From: Macrostomum hystrix
Taxonomy: Eukaryota > Animalia > Platyhelminthes
Length of the DNA stretch: 64,000 bases
Assembly (NCBI GenBank): GCA_950097015.1
Contig: CATNEN010000013.1
Location: 1 to 64,000 of the forward strand
Direction: 5' to 3'
Shown: one piece after another, positions 1-13,400 of the stretch
Position numbering within the stretch: position 1 is the stretch's first letter
How the letters are laid out: every line of letters starts with the position of its first letter
Translations under genes and position numbers: made by a program
Notes under the pieces: model-generated
Seen by the model: the letters and a program-made list of their open reading frames with translations, nothing else
What the model was told of the DNA's origin: nothing
Databases searched by the model: none

Positions 1-1
1 C

Positions 2-472
2 GCCGCCGCTACACGACTGCGACGCGCCGGGCCCAGCGAAGAGGCTCGGGCCCCACTAGCTGGTACCCTCTACCGCCTGCTGGACTTGTCAACCTACTTC
101 ACCATGTTCTACGAGGGCCGGCACTCGGCCGCCCTGCAGCTCCTGGATCATCTGCGCCTGCTGCCCTCCCGCCTAGACGCTGTTGACGCCCGGGTGCGCG
201 CCTTTGAATCGTCTGGTTCCGACGAGCTGCGCCGCTGCCTTCCAGACCTGCTGCTGACGTGCATGCGCCTGCTGCAGCTGCTCCATCGGGCCGCTGTGGA
301 CGCCTCCGCCCGGCCTGCTGGCGGCGGTGGACTGTCCGACCCGGCGCCGCCGGCGGCCGCTGAGATGCGCGAGCGCGCCCAGGCTCTGGTGGCGTTCGCC
401 GGCAAGCTGCCGTTTCGCCTGCCATCCAGTGTCTACGCCAGGCTAACCCAGCTCGAAGTGCAGATTGTCTGA
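2..472 (+). CDS. NUP93: Nucleoporin NUP93/Nic96, C-terminal exon (5' part lies outside the window)
   Basis: The frame is open from position 2 to TGA at 470-472. TLYRLLDLSTYFTMFYEG...LRLLPSRLDAVDARVRAFESSGSDELRRCLPDLLL...RAQALVAFAGKLPFRLPSSVYARLTQLEVQIV resembles the recalled NUP93 C-terminus (TFYLLLDLITFFDEY...ARTLITFAGMIPYR...NARLVQMEVLMN). Confidence 0.85.
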   Translation, partial: AAATRLRRAGPSEEARAPLAGTLYRLLDLSTYFTMFYEGRHSAALQLLDHLRLLPSRLDAVDARVRAFESSGSDELRRCLPDLLLTCMRLLQLLHRAAVDASARPAGGGGLSDPAPPAAAEMRERAQALVAFAGKLPFRLPSSVYARLTQLEVQIV

Positions 473-1448
473 GGCCTTGGATTTCAAGCCTAGTTTTAAT
501 CCTTCGAACCCTCTTCAACCCTCCCGGTTACAATCTGGGCATTGTGCGACCTTGGTGTGCTTAGTATCTTATAGGCAATGTTATTTTCGAATTTAGCAGT
601 TTGCTGCTATGCATTTTTCTAGTAATTAGCCATGTTATAATGAACTTTTCCTATTTCATCTGCAACTTATTATTCTGATGTGTTTTCAAGTCAGGTTTGC
701 CAATTGACTATTTGAATTTAATTATAGATTTGGGAGCTAATGCTTTGTTAGATCTAAATTTCTTAATTATAATTAATCAATAAATTCAAAATATAGGACG
801 GTGCTGCAAAAATCTTACAACAAATACCATCCCTGTGTTTGTTGGCTTCGAACTGGCTGTTTCTAGACACCTTACGCAGAATTTGTTTCTCTTTTGGTTA
901 ATTTTTTTAACAGTAATCAATAAATTAATCGATGAAGTTGATCAACACAGCTAAACATGTTTTAATCATGGAAAAGTGACCCTAAATATTTCGCGGTCAT
1001 TTAAAAAAGACGGTCTATATTTTCTCTAATACAGTAAATTCAATAAACTTTGGTATTAAAAGTTACTCTCAGCGGTAGTTAAATCTAAAAAAACGGTAAG
1101 GCAATCATCGTGTTACGCATTCAGCAATAAAAAGCCTACAAAAATAAAGTGCAGTTTCAATCGTACTCCGTGCTTCATGCTTTCAACTATACTGATAGGA
1201 AAACTATGGAAAACTTCAAGGGCATCGTTAAAGTAGTCATTAGGTATCTCGATGTGAAAATGTATTACAATTCTTTCATTTTATTTTTCAATCTATATCA
1301 ACTAGCTCGTATTTAAATGTTGAACTGTTTTTCAAGTGACTAAAGTTTTTTTAGCCCTTCGTTCTCCATAATTCCATGTTTCAATTACAGGTTGTTTAAC
1401 AACGAACAATTGAGTTTATTAGATCAGTGCTTTTGTTCAGAGTCTCGA

Positions 1449-4400
1449 TCACACCTGCAGCAGCAATGCCACACCGCCCAGCACCCACTTGGCCGGCTTC
1501 TCCTTGGTCTTGAGGTTGAATGTCCAAACGAAGGTCGGGCCGCGCGTCTTCGTCTTGTACACCGGGCAGGGGTACATGCTGCGCAGGTCCTGCCGGTCTA
1601 CCGGGATGGCCTTGATGAAGATGACCGGCACCACAGGGGCCAGCTCCTTGAGACGGGCCTCCTGGATCATGCCAGTCTGCGTGTCCCAGCGCGCACCCTC
1701 CATGTACAGGCCGTGGATGTAGGCGCCCTCTCTGGGCGGGCCAGCCATGTCTTCGCGGGTCTTCTTGGTGACGTCGCACTGCAGGCACATGCGGTCCAGC
1801 GGCCATTCGTTCTTGCGCGCCATCTGCTGCATGATGGCTGTGAGGAACGACTGCGGGTTGAACAGGCCGCCCAGCCACACAGCTGCTGGCAGCTGGAAGT
1901 CTGATGTCCAGCTCTCAAGCTCCTTGACACGCTGAAGCAGGTCGGCGTACCAAACTGTCAAGCCGAACAGAGATGGATAGGCGCGGCGTTCCCAGCTCTC
2001 CGGCACCTGGTCGAGGAACATCGAGTTGCTGAGGGCTTCCATTGCCGGTGTGATTGTGAGCTCGCCCTTCAGGCCGAGATCCAGCTCCTTGAGAGTTCGC
2101 CGGATCTCTGAGAGCAGCATGTTCATTCGCTCGCACTCCTGGAAAGCTACGACCACGTAGGGAGTGCGCTCCTCTGGTGGCACCTTGGCCTGAATCTCCA
2201 CGAGGTTGAACTCGTCCGGCAGCTTCTCCATGATCTCGTCCAGAATCTGCTTGATCTTCTCCTCCCTGGAGACTCCGCCGCCGCTGCCTGCGCCAGAGTC
2301 GCGCGGCTGCATTTCGAAGACTGTCTTGAATAGCTTCTCGCTGGTTGTTGTGAGGAACTCGATCTCGGCATTCGAGTGCAGGCCGTACAGATACGGGCTC
2401 TCGGGCGGCAGGCACTCATCAATGTACGCGTGGTAGCCTTTGAAATCTGAGTTCGGCGGGATTCGGAAACCTGGAGCCAAGTGAAGTTCACCGTCCAGCA
2501 TTTCCGGTGCCAGGTACTCCTCCAGGTAGGTCTTGCACAATTTGCGATCCCAGTCATCGGTAATGTGACCGCCATACATAATGTCACCAAACAGGTAGCG
2601 CAGGTCCTCCCATGGAACCTTGGAATTGGCTTCCAGGTAGTTGTAAAGCACGTTGACTGAAATTACGAGATCTCCAGTATTGAATGGGTACACTCGGTTC
2701 CAGCCTTGAGGTCCAAACTTGCGTCGCTCCGACACGACAGCATGGAAATAGCCGAGAGCAAACAGGATTGTCTTGAACTCGTTCTCGCGAGCGCACATCT
2801 CCAGTGTGTCTTGTTGAAGTTGTTACTGCGCCTTATGAAGATGGCAAACATGCCAGTCGGTGGTTCGTTTGTTATCTTGATAGCGTTCTCAAGAATGCCC
2901 TGCGGAATGATGTGCGACTCTGCGCTGGATGGCGGCTCTGCCGACACGTAGATGCGGTAGTTTTCATGCGCCGACTCCGCATACTCCTCCAGCTTCTTCT
3001 CCAGAACACCAAGCCACTGTGCCACCAGATGCACGTTCTGCAGCACACCCAGTTTCCCTCCTGTGCAGCCAAATCCATTGCTCGCTCTCGACCACTTCCT
3101 GACCTTGGCCCAAGCTGATGTTGTGGAAATTCTTGTGGTCCGAGTCGAAACCTAGTGTTCGGCCACGCTTCTCGACATCCTTCAGCGGGTCAACTCCAGG
3201 AGACAGAATGAGAAGATTGGTGTTGCAGGACCCGACTCCTCATAGGGACTTGGCGAACTCAAGAGTCGTACCCTCGACGTACTTCTGGCCCAGCTTTTCA
3301 GCCACAAAGTCTGTTACAGCGTAGTCATGCGGTCAGGACGCAGGGCGCGCATCATGCACAGTCGCTGCAGCGCAGTTTTATTTTTCACTCCTGTGGGAAC
3401 TTCCTCCTTCTCGGGGCACTCGCTCTCAACGAACTTCTTCCAGCGCTTTGCAGATCCTTCGATGTCGCGATCTAGGTTTCGGAACTCGTCCATGTTGGGA
3501 AAGCGCCTTCACGCCTCCCCAGCCATTGTTGGTCAAGAAGTCGACTGGCGTTGTGAGATTCGGTACGATTGGGAAGCGGAGCAGGAGTCCAGCTCACTCG
3601 GCTTGATCTCCTTGCTCATGAGGAGGATCTGGAAGGCCATCTGCGCGGTGAAGATGAGCTTGTCCCTTTCGAAAGAGAACCGCGGGTGGTGTAAACGTAG
3701 ATTGAGTAAGTGATGGAGTCAATCATAGTTCTTCACACGCTCCTTCAGGTCCTCATTTGGCTCAGCGCGATCAATGCCCTTGTCGAAGACGACGCGGAAC
3801 GGCCTTCAGGAGCAGAACTGGTACATCGGATTGATCTTGTTCAGATCATTGAGGCATGAAGTACAGCAGCGATGCCCGTCCTGCAGCAGATCGGTACCAC
3901 TCGCGAGCCTCGTTGATCTCTACTTCTGTCACCTTGGCTTGCGCAACCTTCTCTTCGATTTCGATGGCGTTCGCTTGTTAGTTTCCAGGTTCTCCACCAG
4001 GGCATAGTCGCCCAAGAAGTGCCCTCCGCAGCAGAGAGACGCGCCAGTAGGGAGTCTTTCGAGGTTTCTTCAGTGTGATCTTGAACTCGTTCTGCTGCCT
4101 TGTGAGGTCCGATTTAAGCTGCTCCAGATCTGGACGCTCCTTGCACGACAGACGCCAGGAGCTGGTCCTCGAGTCCATCGCGAGTCACAGTGAAGTTGAT
4201 CAGTGTCGTCTGTGCTTGCATCTCCGGTTTGTAATGAGGATTAGCTAGCTTTGGTCTGCAGGATCAGCTAAAGTCCGGGTTGTATTCCACCTCTTTGTCG
4301 CCTAGCTTGATTGCACGGCCCTTCTTAATTGTGTTACGGCCGAGCAGTGGGTCCAGGACCGGGTCCACATTCTCTTCGATCTGCTCCAGCAGGACTGTTG

Positions 4401-7400
4401 TCACCAGCGGAAACAGCGGCCTCGATCTTGTCCATGTAGCCTTTGTTGCCAGCCTAATGACCTCAGCGCATCTCCGTACCTGTTCTTGTCCACTTAATGC
4501 CTGTAGCTGGGGATCAATCATCAGCGGCCAGCGCTCGGCTTACTTGTCAGAATTGTGGCATTTTCGATTGACAGCGGTCACTGGGCAGACCCTCGTTATT
4601 CCAGGTGGCAATCTGAGCGTCATCTCCCAGCCATGGAGATTGGATCGATGTTCTCAGTGATTGGTACTCGCGTTTGGCAGACCCTTAAGGAATGGCAGCC
4701 CAGCTGGTCATAAGGTCCATACGGTACTGCTTTGTGAAGCAACGACGTAGGACAGGAAGGCGGCAGTGATGAGGACATCACCGGGCAGAGTCTTTTCCTG
4801 CTCCTTGTAGAGCTTAACTTGGTTGCCCAGCGAATGTTCTCTGAAGCCAGTCCACCGACAAGTCTGTTGGCCAAAACTCGATGGTCTTGTACGTGAGGTC
4901 GCTTCCTGCTGGCACTTCATCTTGTCAGCCGTAGCCTTCTCGAACTCGGCAGTAAGGATGCCCAGCTTGTTCTCCAACTCACGGATCTTTGGCACTGGAT
5001 GCCCTCTAGCTTCTCAGTAGCCGCTCGCAGCTGCTCGTTGGCCTCATCGAGTGCATCGCGCTTGGGCTTACAAAAGTGTATAACCTCGTAGTAACTACGA
5101 TGTGATTACCCAGGAGCACAGCCCAGAGGCGGGCCATCGACTTCGATCTTGATTAGCTCTGGCTCGAACTCCGGATCCTTGATTACCTGTCTACTTCTTT
5201 TAGGCAGTTCTCATGAATGTTGTCTTTATCGTAGTGAATCAGATTGTCCAGGAACTGATCGCCCTTGCCCAGTGATTCCCGCCTTGGTATTCTTCCAGCT
5301 GCGATCATTGACCTTGGGCACTTTGCCTGCCTGGTGCCAGTAGGCACATGACAGCGGCTGCCACCTTTACGACAGCCTCCGGAGGGGTACCGAACGACTT
5401 CATCTCAGTCAGATTGTTCTTGTTCAGTTGTGTTCAAGGGCGCTCCTGGGCAGCCTGCAGTGCGGGCTCAGCCTTGGCCAGATCTTCTTCGCATTCCTTC
5501 TGCTTGACTGTCACATTAGCCTTGATCTTCGACACCTTCTCCTCCTCCCTGATCGGCGAACGCCTTCTCTTTGCTGACCTTTCAGTCTCGGTGCCCACAA
5601 TTCCAGCAGCTTGTTTGCATCCTCGTTCTTCTGGGCCAGCTCTACTTCCTGTGCTGCCAGCTTTGCCTTGAGATCGTCCACCTGCTGGGCCGTTGACTCC
5701 AGTTTTCTCTAGACCGTTCTCCAGACGGCTCAGTCTTTCCTAGAGAGATCCGAGTGCTGACGCTTTAGCATGTTTTGGTAGAGGTTGATCTGCTCGAGGA
5801 ACGACTTCGGTGTGTGTAGTTGTAGCGTCGCTCGTTCAGTAGATATTCTGCGCTCTTCTCGTTCACCGATTTGTGCACAAAGCTCATGAACTGAGCCACA
5901 GTCTCTCTGGAGGCCTCGTCAGAAGCTCCACGTCCTGAAGGAAGCGCCTGGAAACCCCGAGATGAGAGCTTCTTTGGGCCATTCGTGGAACCCAATCAAT
6001 TGCCGTGCAGTTGACAAACGGCTGGGAATTTGCGAGCGCGAACGCGTAGTGCAGTTCCGACCGGGCTGAAGCACAGAATCACCTTTAGGGTTTCGTCGGA
6101 CCTTGCGATGAAGTACTTCCAGCAGTTCTCGCGGGTGTCCTGGAGGCCAACTCCTTTCACTTCGGAACGCATTCCGTTGATAACGTTCTCAACTTCATCG
6201 TCAGGCAGGAGGTCCGGGATTTCACCGGATGCCAGTAGATCGTTAACGAGCACGAGGAACTCTCGTCGGGCCACCTGTGCGTCGGTCATGAGGAAGACCA
6301 TGCCGATGTTCTTCAGGCCTGCTTTGATATATAGCTGCGCAAGGTCAGCCTTGAGGTCTGGAATGCTGTAGCCCTTGCGTAAGGTGATCTGGAACACTTC
6401 CAGGCTGCTGATGAAGGCGGCGAGGCGAGACAGCGACTGCTTGCCGGAGCCGCCGACGCCAACCAGGAGGGCATTGCCACGCGGCGATTCCAGAATGCGG
6501 TTGATGCGCAGAATGTGCGCAATGGCGTCCTCGAATAGCACCAGGTTCATCGCTGCATTGATCTCGTTGTCAGTTGTCCAGAGCATCCAGCAGGATCTTG
6601 TTGATGTCTTGGAAACTTCTCGACTGGCATGTACTCGGCTCTCCGATGCCTGTGGCAAAGTGGCAGTACATGTTAGGCGATGCAAATACCCACTGCTCAT
6701 CCACTGATCTTCGAATCCCTTCTTGACGATCTCCTTCACAATCTTCTTGTACGTCTCAATGTCGGCTTCCTCCGGTTCAGTTTGTCGCAGTAGACCCGCT
6801 CAGCCTCGTGCATGTACAGGCGGATGATGTCTGCTCGGCTGCTTCAGGCACTCAGGGAGGGTGAACAGCAGGCCCTGAAATATTTAGGTTATAAAATACA
6901 TTTTGGATTTGAAAAAAATGCTGAAATTCTTCTGTGGAAGTTCATAAATTCTTAGTCTGTGACACGATTTTTTAACTAATAAGCTCTTTCGAAATACGTT
7001 AAAAATTTAGTAGGATGAATGGAAATTTTCTATAGAATCATTAGACAAATCAGTAGTTATTTTTACCTGGAAGATGTTGCTGAGGTCGCGGAGGTTGAAC
7101 ACGTAGTGGAACTTAATAGCCGTCGGCAGGAAGACCGAAGCCATCTTATTGTGCAGCGTGAGCGCTGTGTCGGTGACGCTGCCCAGCCATCTTCTGCACA
7201 ATGGCCGGGAAGCTGTGGCATCTGCAAGTGCTGAGACAGGATGCTGTTGTAGATGGTGCGCACTGCGTCCTGACCAGGAAAGGACAGGGCGAACACGGCA
7301 AAGTGGCGCTGCAGACGCGGATTGATGGTGAAGCTGCCAGCTGTCGGGTTCATGCAGGCCACGTACTGCGTGTTGTGAATGTCCTTCAGGGTCAGCTTAC

Positions 7401-10400
7401 CCCGGTCGTACCAGTGGCTGTAGTCCAGGTGCTGTCGGATGAGAGTGTGCGGCTGCACTGTGAAGTATTTGTCAACCTCGGGCATATTCATGTCGTCGAT
7501 GAAGTAGATCAGCTTCTTGGTGCCTGGCGGACCAACAGTTCCTACCAGCCTTCTTCTCCAGCGGCTTCTCCAGCACGCGTTGCAACATCTCGGAGGTTGT
7601 GTAGAAGTTGAATGGCACATTGGCGATCATGTAGTCCTCGCCTAGGCCGCCGAGTTGTCGCCGAGCAGCACAGACTTGCCTGTGCCGGCGCCACCGATCA
7701 GCATGACCGGCCGCCTTCTTCTCGATCAGCAGGTCCAGGAAGTAGCGAATGCGCGTGGTCTCGGAAGTCGGCACCAGAGTGGCCTGTGAGTTTAAATGCA
7801 TTGTTAAGTTTACACTTTTGTCAGAAAATTATTTCCATAGGAAAGCTTGTGAGATTTTTAACCAAAAACGGGCTAGAGTGAAGAGCTTTTTCATTACAAT
7901 CAAAAAATGAAATATGCTTGTGAACTGTCTCAACTTTGTGTGAAAAGTAAAAACTCGTTTAAAGTATTGGCGACGACATCAAAGCAATGCTCGTGTGAGG
8001 TGCTAACATGACAACTACGCTCGTAGCTGTGACAACCTGTCTGGCGACCGTGAAAGCAGGCTATGCCAGACAGTTCACCTCATGCAGGTTGATCACCGGT
8101 CTCCGCGTCGGCTGCACCACCGAGACTGGTCGCTGCTTTGGGTCTGAATATGACTGCTGCTGCTGCTGTTGCTGCAACCTTAATGTGCCTTGCTGCTGCT
8201 GTTGTTGCTGCTGGTCCGTTGTGTGGCCTTGAGCCCCCGAATGCGAGGGCTGTGGTTTCTAATTTACGGATCAATTGTGTTTTCAGCTTTATTTCGTTCC
8301 TCAAATCGCTAATACTAGAACTAAAACGTTTCTTTCACCATGGTTAGTTTTAGTCAATATGTTAGTGCACTCAGAGACCAGATAAGTATTTTAAGTCATA
8401 CCTGTAGCGGAATATCCGGATCCAGCTCAAACTTCTGCACGATCTTAGTCCATGGCTCAAACTTCTTGGTCTCATTGTCGATGAAGTAGTCGAAAACAGT
8501 GCCCTGCGCTGGGAACTTGACTGTCTTGAACTCGGTCACCCACCACTTGGTGAATTCAACTCTGTGATCCACCAGCTGGTCCTGGAACATTGAGCCGCCG
8601 AAGGCCCAGACGCAGCAGAAGACGAAGTAGACCTCGTACCACTCTTTCGGGCAATCTTGCGGACAGTTCTCCTGCGTAACGAGGCACTCTAGTAGGGCGC
8701 ACAGCATCTGGATGTGCGCGATGTCGGCGATTGGCGTGATTTTCTTGAACCCTGTGGCGCAGCACGTCCAGGCAGGGTGGTACGTACTTCTCGAACAGGA
8801 TCTGGAGGTTGGCCTGCTCAGCTTGCACCTCGCGCGTTGCAAGCCAGGACGTGACGTACGGGTTCCAGCCCAAGTCCGCCGGGTTCAAGTACAGAATACC
8901 GGCACGAGACACAGTGGCTGGCGTCGCAGTCTTCAGGTGGCTGATCTCGAACAGCAGGCGCATGGAAGGTGTTAGAGGAATTCGCTCGTTCGAGGCGAGT
9001 GTAAGAATCTTATTATCGTCCATGACAGTGTTTAGAGACTCAATCCACATCGGGTCAATGTCTCCGTCCAGAACAATCCACTTAGGCCCGTCGTGAGTGA
9101 CGTTGGCAAGGTCGCGCATGATCACGGAGAAGAGTCCGTCCTTCCACTCGCGCGTCGCCGGATTGATGATGCCGAACAACTCGTCGTTCGTCACAGCCTT
9201 GGGGTTCAGGTCCACCGCCATCGGCTTCTTCTTCTGGTTTTGATAGGTCCTTGTTTAGGGCGCGCCACACCTTTGATTTACCAGTTCCGGCGTTACCAAG
9301 CACGAACACGGAGTGTCGCACGGCGAACAGTTCCTGCAGCTGCACAACCTTCAGGATGAAGTTGTCTTCTGGCTGAAGCTTGAGATCCAGTGTTGCAACT
9401 CGAACTTCTTTCTCGAAGTCGAGGTCGCGCTTCCTGGGCACGTCCAAGGCTGGGAACAGGTCTCCGATAAGGCCCATGAAGATGGGCAGGTCCATCGGTC
9501 ACGATCTTGGGAATGTTGAAATCTCGCAGCGCACGCATGAGCACCTGATCCTCCGGTCTCTGTGGATCGCCTCGCTTCAGTGCACCGGCAACCACCAGCA
9601 CGGACTTGATGGCTCTGAGACCCCAATCGTAGTGGTCTTGCTTGGACAGCAGCTCTCGGCAGAGCGAGTATAGTGTGATAAACTTTCTTGCCAGGAGACG
9701 AGCTTCGAGGAAGCCCTCGGCCACCATCATGATCTCAGCGATCAGCTCAAAGTCTGGCACCACCATGGCGCAGGGTCGGAACAGCGCCTTCAGGTTCTCA
9801 GGCAACTCAGTTCGGCCGGCGTAGCTGGAAATCGTAGGCATCCGTATTACGAGCTATCCGATCAAGTGACACAATTTAATGTAACAATCGAGCACATTAA
9901 GCACACACTTACCCAGGGTTCATTGTGATGAAAATGCCGACAGACGCCTCTAGGTTAATGTCCTCGCCAAGGAAGTCGAAGCGAGTCTTCTTGTACTTAA
10001 TGGCGTCCTGGATGCACTTCACCTGCACTGCAACCACGGAGAGCACCTCGACGGAGATGCGGTTGAACTCGTCGAAGCAGCCCCAGGCGCCGGACTGGGC
10101 CAGACCCTTGTAGATGTTGCCGACAGACTTGTAGTCCATCTGCTCGGAGCAGTTAAACACATACACCATGATGCCCAGCGCTCGGCCGAGATCCTTTGTT
10201 GTCTCCGTCTTTCCAGTACCTGTAAATAGGATTTGTTGGGGGCAGTGTAAGCAAGTAAAACATTCGGTGCTCTGATACTTCATCAATGCTTGTTAGTTAG
10301 TTCAGCAGCTTACCGGCGGGTCCGGCAGGAGCGCCGCTCATGATGAGATGCAAAGACTGCGTTAAGGTGATGTAGCAGCGATCCGTCAGGGGCGTGATCA

Positions 10401-13400
10401 CAAGGCGCGGTGTGTTGCCCAGGTATTCATGGGCGTACCGAAACTGAGCGTCGCAGATGTTGGTGAAACAGTCGCCCTTGATTCCACCCTTCTCGTCCTT
10501 TTCGTCCCAGCGATGGCGCAGCTGCGACAGCCAGGTGAAGGCTTGCGAGTTCTCAACCTTCTGTGTGATAAGCTTGCCAACGACGTCTCGGTTGTGCACA
10601 TCGATGGTACAGATGGTCATGATTTTTCTGACGGTCCTGACCACTCAACTCACCGATCAGCATTGAATGAGCGCGTTCAGCTGTGCGATCTGCTTTTTGT
10701 TGTAGTCCTTCAGGGAGTTCTCGTAACCTTCCTCGAGGCGGGCAAAGGCGATGTTGACCTCGCTGGACCAGCCGATCTGGCTGCCTGCCAGGGCTACTTG
10801 CGCCGGATAGTCGAAAATCCACTGGTCGCGAGGCTTCTCCTCATAGGTGCCAACGGCATCGGCAAGTGACTTGCGGACGGTGTCCCGCATTTCATCGAGC
10901 ACGCGATTCAACCACACCTCTACTTGGCCGTTCAAATCGATGGTCTTAGACAGCTTGACCTTCTCGCCATCCTTGGCGTACATGTCCGTCGCCATCTTTG
11001 TCTCTGTGCTACCTTCCTTCTTTAACTCAAGACGCGCAGTACTGTCAAACAGTTTGGTCAAATGCTTCATCACTGCTGGCGGCGAGTTGCCATTTGACAG
11101 GATGTCGAGCAGGTCAGCCGAGGACACGAAGTAGAATCGCGGGAAAGCCAGACGCTTGGTCTCCAGGTACTCCGCCAGAGCTTTTTCGCACAAAACTAGC
11201 TGGCCCTGAATAGCTTCGAGGCGCTCGTAGAGACGGGGTTTGCTGGTGGCCTCCACAACATTCTTCGTCACCTCCACCTCGGAGATTATCTCCTTGAAGT
11301 CTTTGTCCACTTGGTCGAAGCGCTCCGAGTCTTCTGGCAGCTGTTTGCGGATGTCCTCGGATCCGATGAAAATAGACTCCAGATGGGACCATGTCCTTTG
11401 CACTTCAAACCAGATCTGGATTACCTGATCAGCTGTGCTCAGCTTCTGCTGCCAAGAGTTAACCTCTGTGGCAAAGTGCGCGATGTACTTCGATGTAATC
11501 ATGTTTTGAAGCTGCACCTGATTGTCTTCCAGTGTCTCGATCAGCTCCTCGCTTGCCTTCAACAGGGTCACCTGAGTCCGCGGATGCTTCTCGTGCTCAA
11601 ACTCCATCTGCGCCCAGGTAACCTCAAGCTCTTTGAGTACCTTCTTCCATCGACATTTCCTTCACCGACTTGTCCACAATGTTGCGGACATCCTCCTCAT
11701 ACTTGTGCAAGTTGAGAGACAGCAGATCTGCCAGAGTGGTCTTTTCATTCATTGAAAACTTGACACCGGTTGCCTGCATTAGTTGCGCCCAGTGACGGTC
11801 TCGGATAGCCGGGTTCTGGAGTTCACTGACAGCTCGCAGGGATGTCATCATGTTCTTCACCTCCTCCTCAACGCCGGTGTACGCATCCCAAGCACGCATT
11901 TCTTTGTCCAGTGCGCGGATGTCTTTGGCAAAGCGCTTGCAGTCCAGGTCCATCTGTTCCACGTTGATCTCTCGCCAGGGCGTTGTCTTCCAGTCCTCAA
12001 TGGAAAAGCGGACTACGAAGATGTAGTCCCAAAGCTGCTTCAGCTGCTTCAGCTCCTTGCGGCACTGCTTCAGTTGCTTGTAATCCGGCACGGGCACCTC
12101 AAACAGACTGGCTGACTCACTGAGCTTCGCCATGCGATTCTCCATGTCTCCAATTTCAAGGTTCTTTGCGTCCATCTCCTCGTACGACTTTGGACACGAG
12201 TATTGGAATGGCCCAATCTTTCGGAACTGCTCTCGGTAGGTGTGCTGCGAAACGTCGAACTCCGCCGCTGTGCGCTTGATCTTCTGGATCTCGTTAGTCT
12301 GCAGCGGGCCCACCTGCTGTTTCACAGTGATGGCAATCTTCTTAGTGTTGTTCCACTTCTCTGGCAGAACTTCCAGCTGGCGGTACACGGAGTCCTCCAT
12401 CTCCTGATTGTAGGTCTTCAGGAGTTCGATCTTCTGCTTGAGTGGCTCAAACATCTCGTCTGTCTCAGCTTGGCGTTCCTTAACGCGCATCAGATAGTGC
12501 ATGACCGCCACCAGTCCATCGTAGTCTCCCTCTTCCAGCTCCTTTGAAAGACCAGCGTCGGTCTCCTTAATGAACTGTTCAAGCTCGTCGAGCGCTCTCG
12601 TGACGCTGTCGATGAGGTGCTGCTTAAACATTAGGGACCACCGCTTGATCTCGTTCAGCAGCGCTTGCTTGAACTTGGACGAATCAATCCTGAACCAAGT
12701 CTCAAACACAACAGTCCGGTCGATCTTCTCGACCTCTTCGTAGATGGTCTCATAGTTGTCGATCTGCTCCTTGAACTGCTCCAGCGTCGGCTTGCTCTCC
12801 GGGACGCCATCCTCGGCATGCGCGTCGATCTCCTCGGGTGTGAGGACGTGGCCGTACTTAAGGAACTGGTTCTTGAACTCTTCGCGATCCTCGACCCACA
12901 AGTACGCGTAGGTGTCGAAGCTGCTCTTGTACTCCATGGCCTTCTGCATGATGCGCTCCACCCGTTCCATAATCTCGGTACGCACTGCCTGGAGCTCGTC
13001 ATTGTCCTCCATTTCCTGTTGATAATGCTCGTGTCCTCTGTGTGCAGCCAGACGTGGGATGTATGACGCCTGGCGGTAGATGTCCGTTGTGATGCTGTCC
13101 ATCAGTTCGAAGAAGCCGTCCGCTTGTTCCTTGTCCAGCGACGGGTCGAAGACCAGGTTGGGCCGCTTCAGCTCCATAAAGGCCATAAAGAGCGGCGTGT
13201 TGCCCTGCCTGTCGGCTGTCTGATCGCGCAGGAAGTTCAATGAGCACATGATGAGTGTGATGAACTCATCCAGAACCTTGTCGTCCACGTAGTCGACGTA
13301 CGCTTTTCCACTCGTCACTGCCATCCGTGGCCTTGAACAGTTCGAGGTTCTCTTTGAGCAAGGCGTGAATCTTCTGTCCCTGTTCAGAGATCTCGTTCTT

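Noticed and set aside
1392-13247. Many plus-strand ORFs opposite the dynein exons (also opposite NWD and the GPCR)
   Set aside because: They are antisense shadows of GC3-rich coding sequence with no independent motifs.
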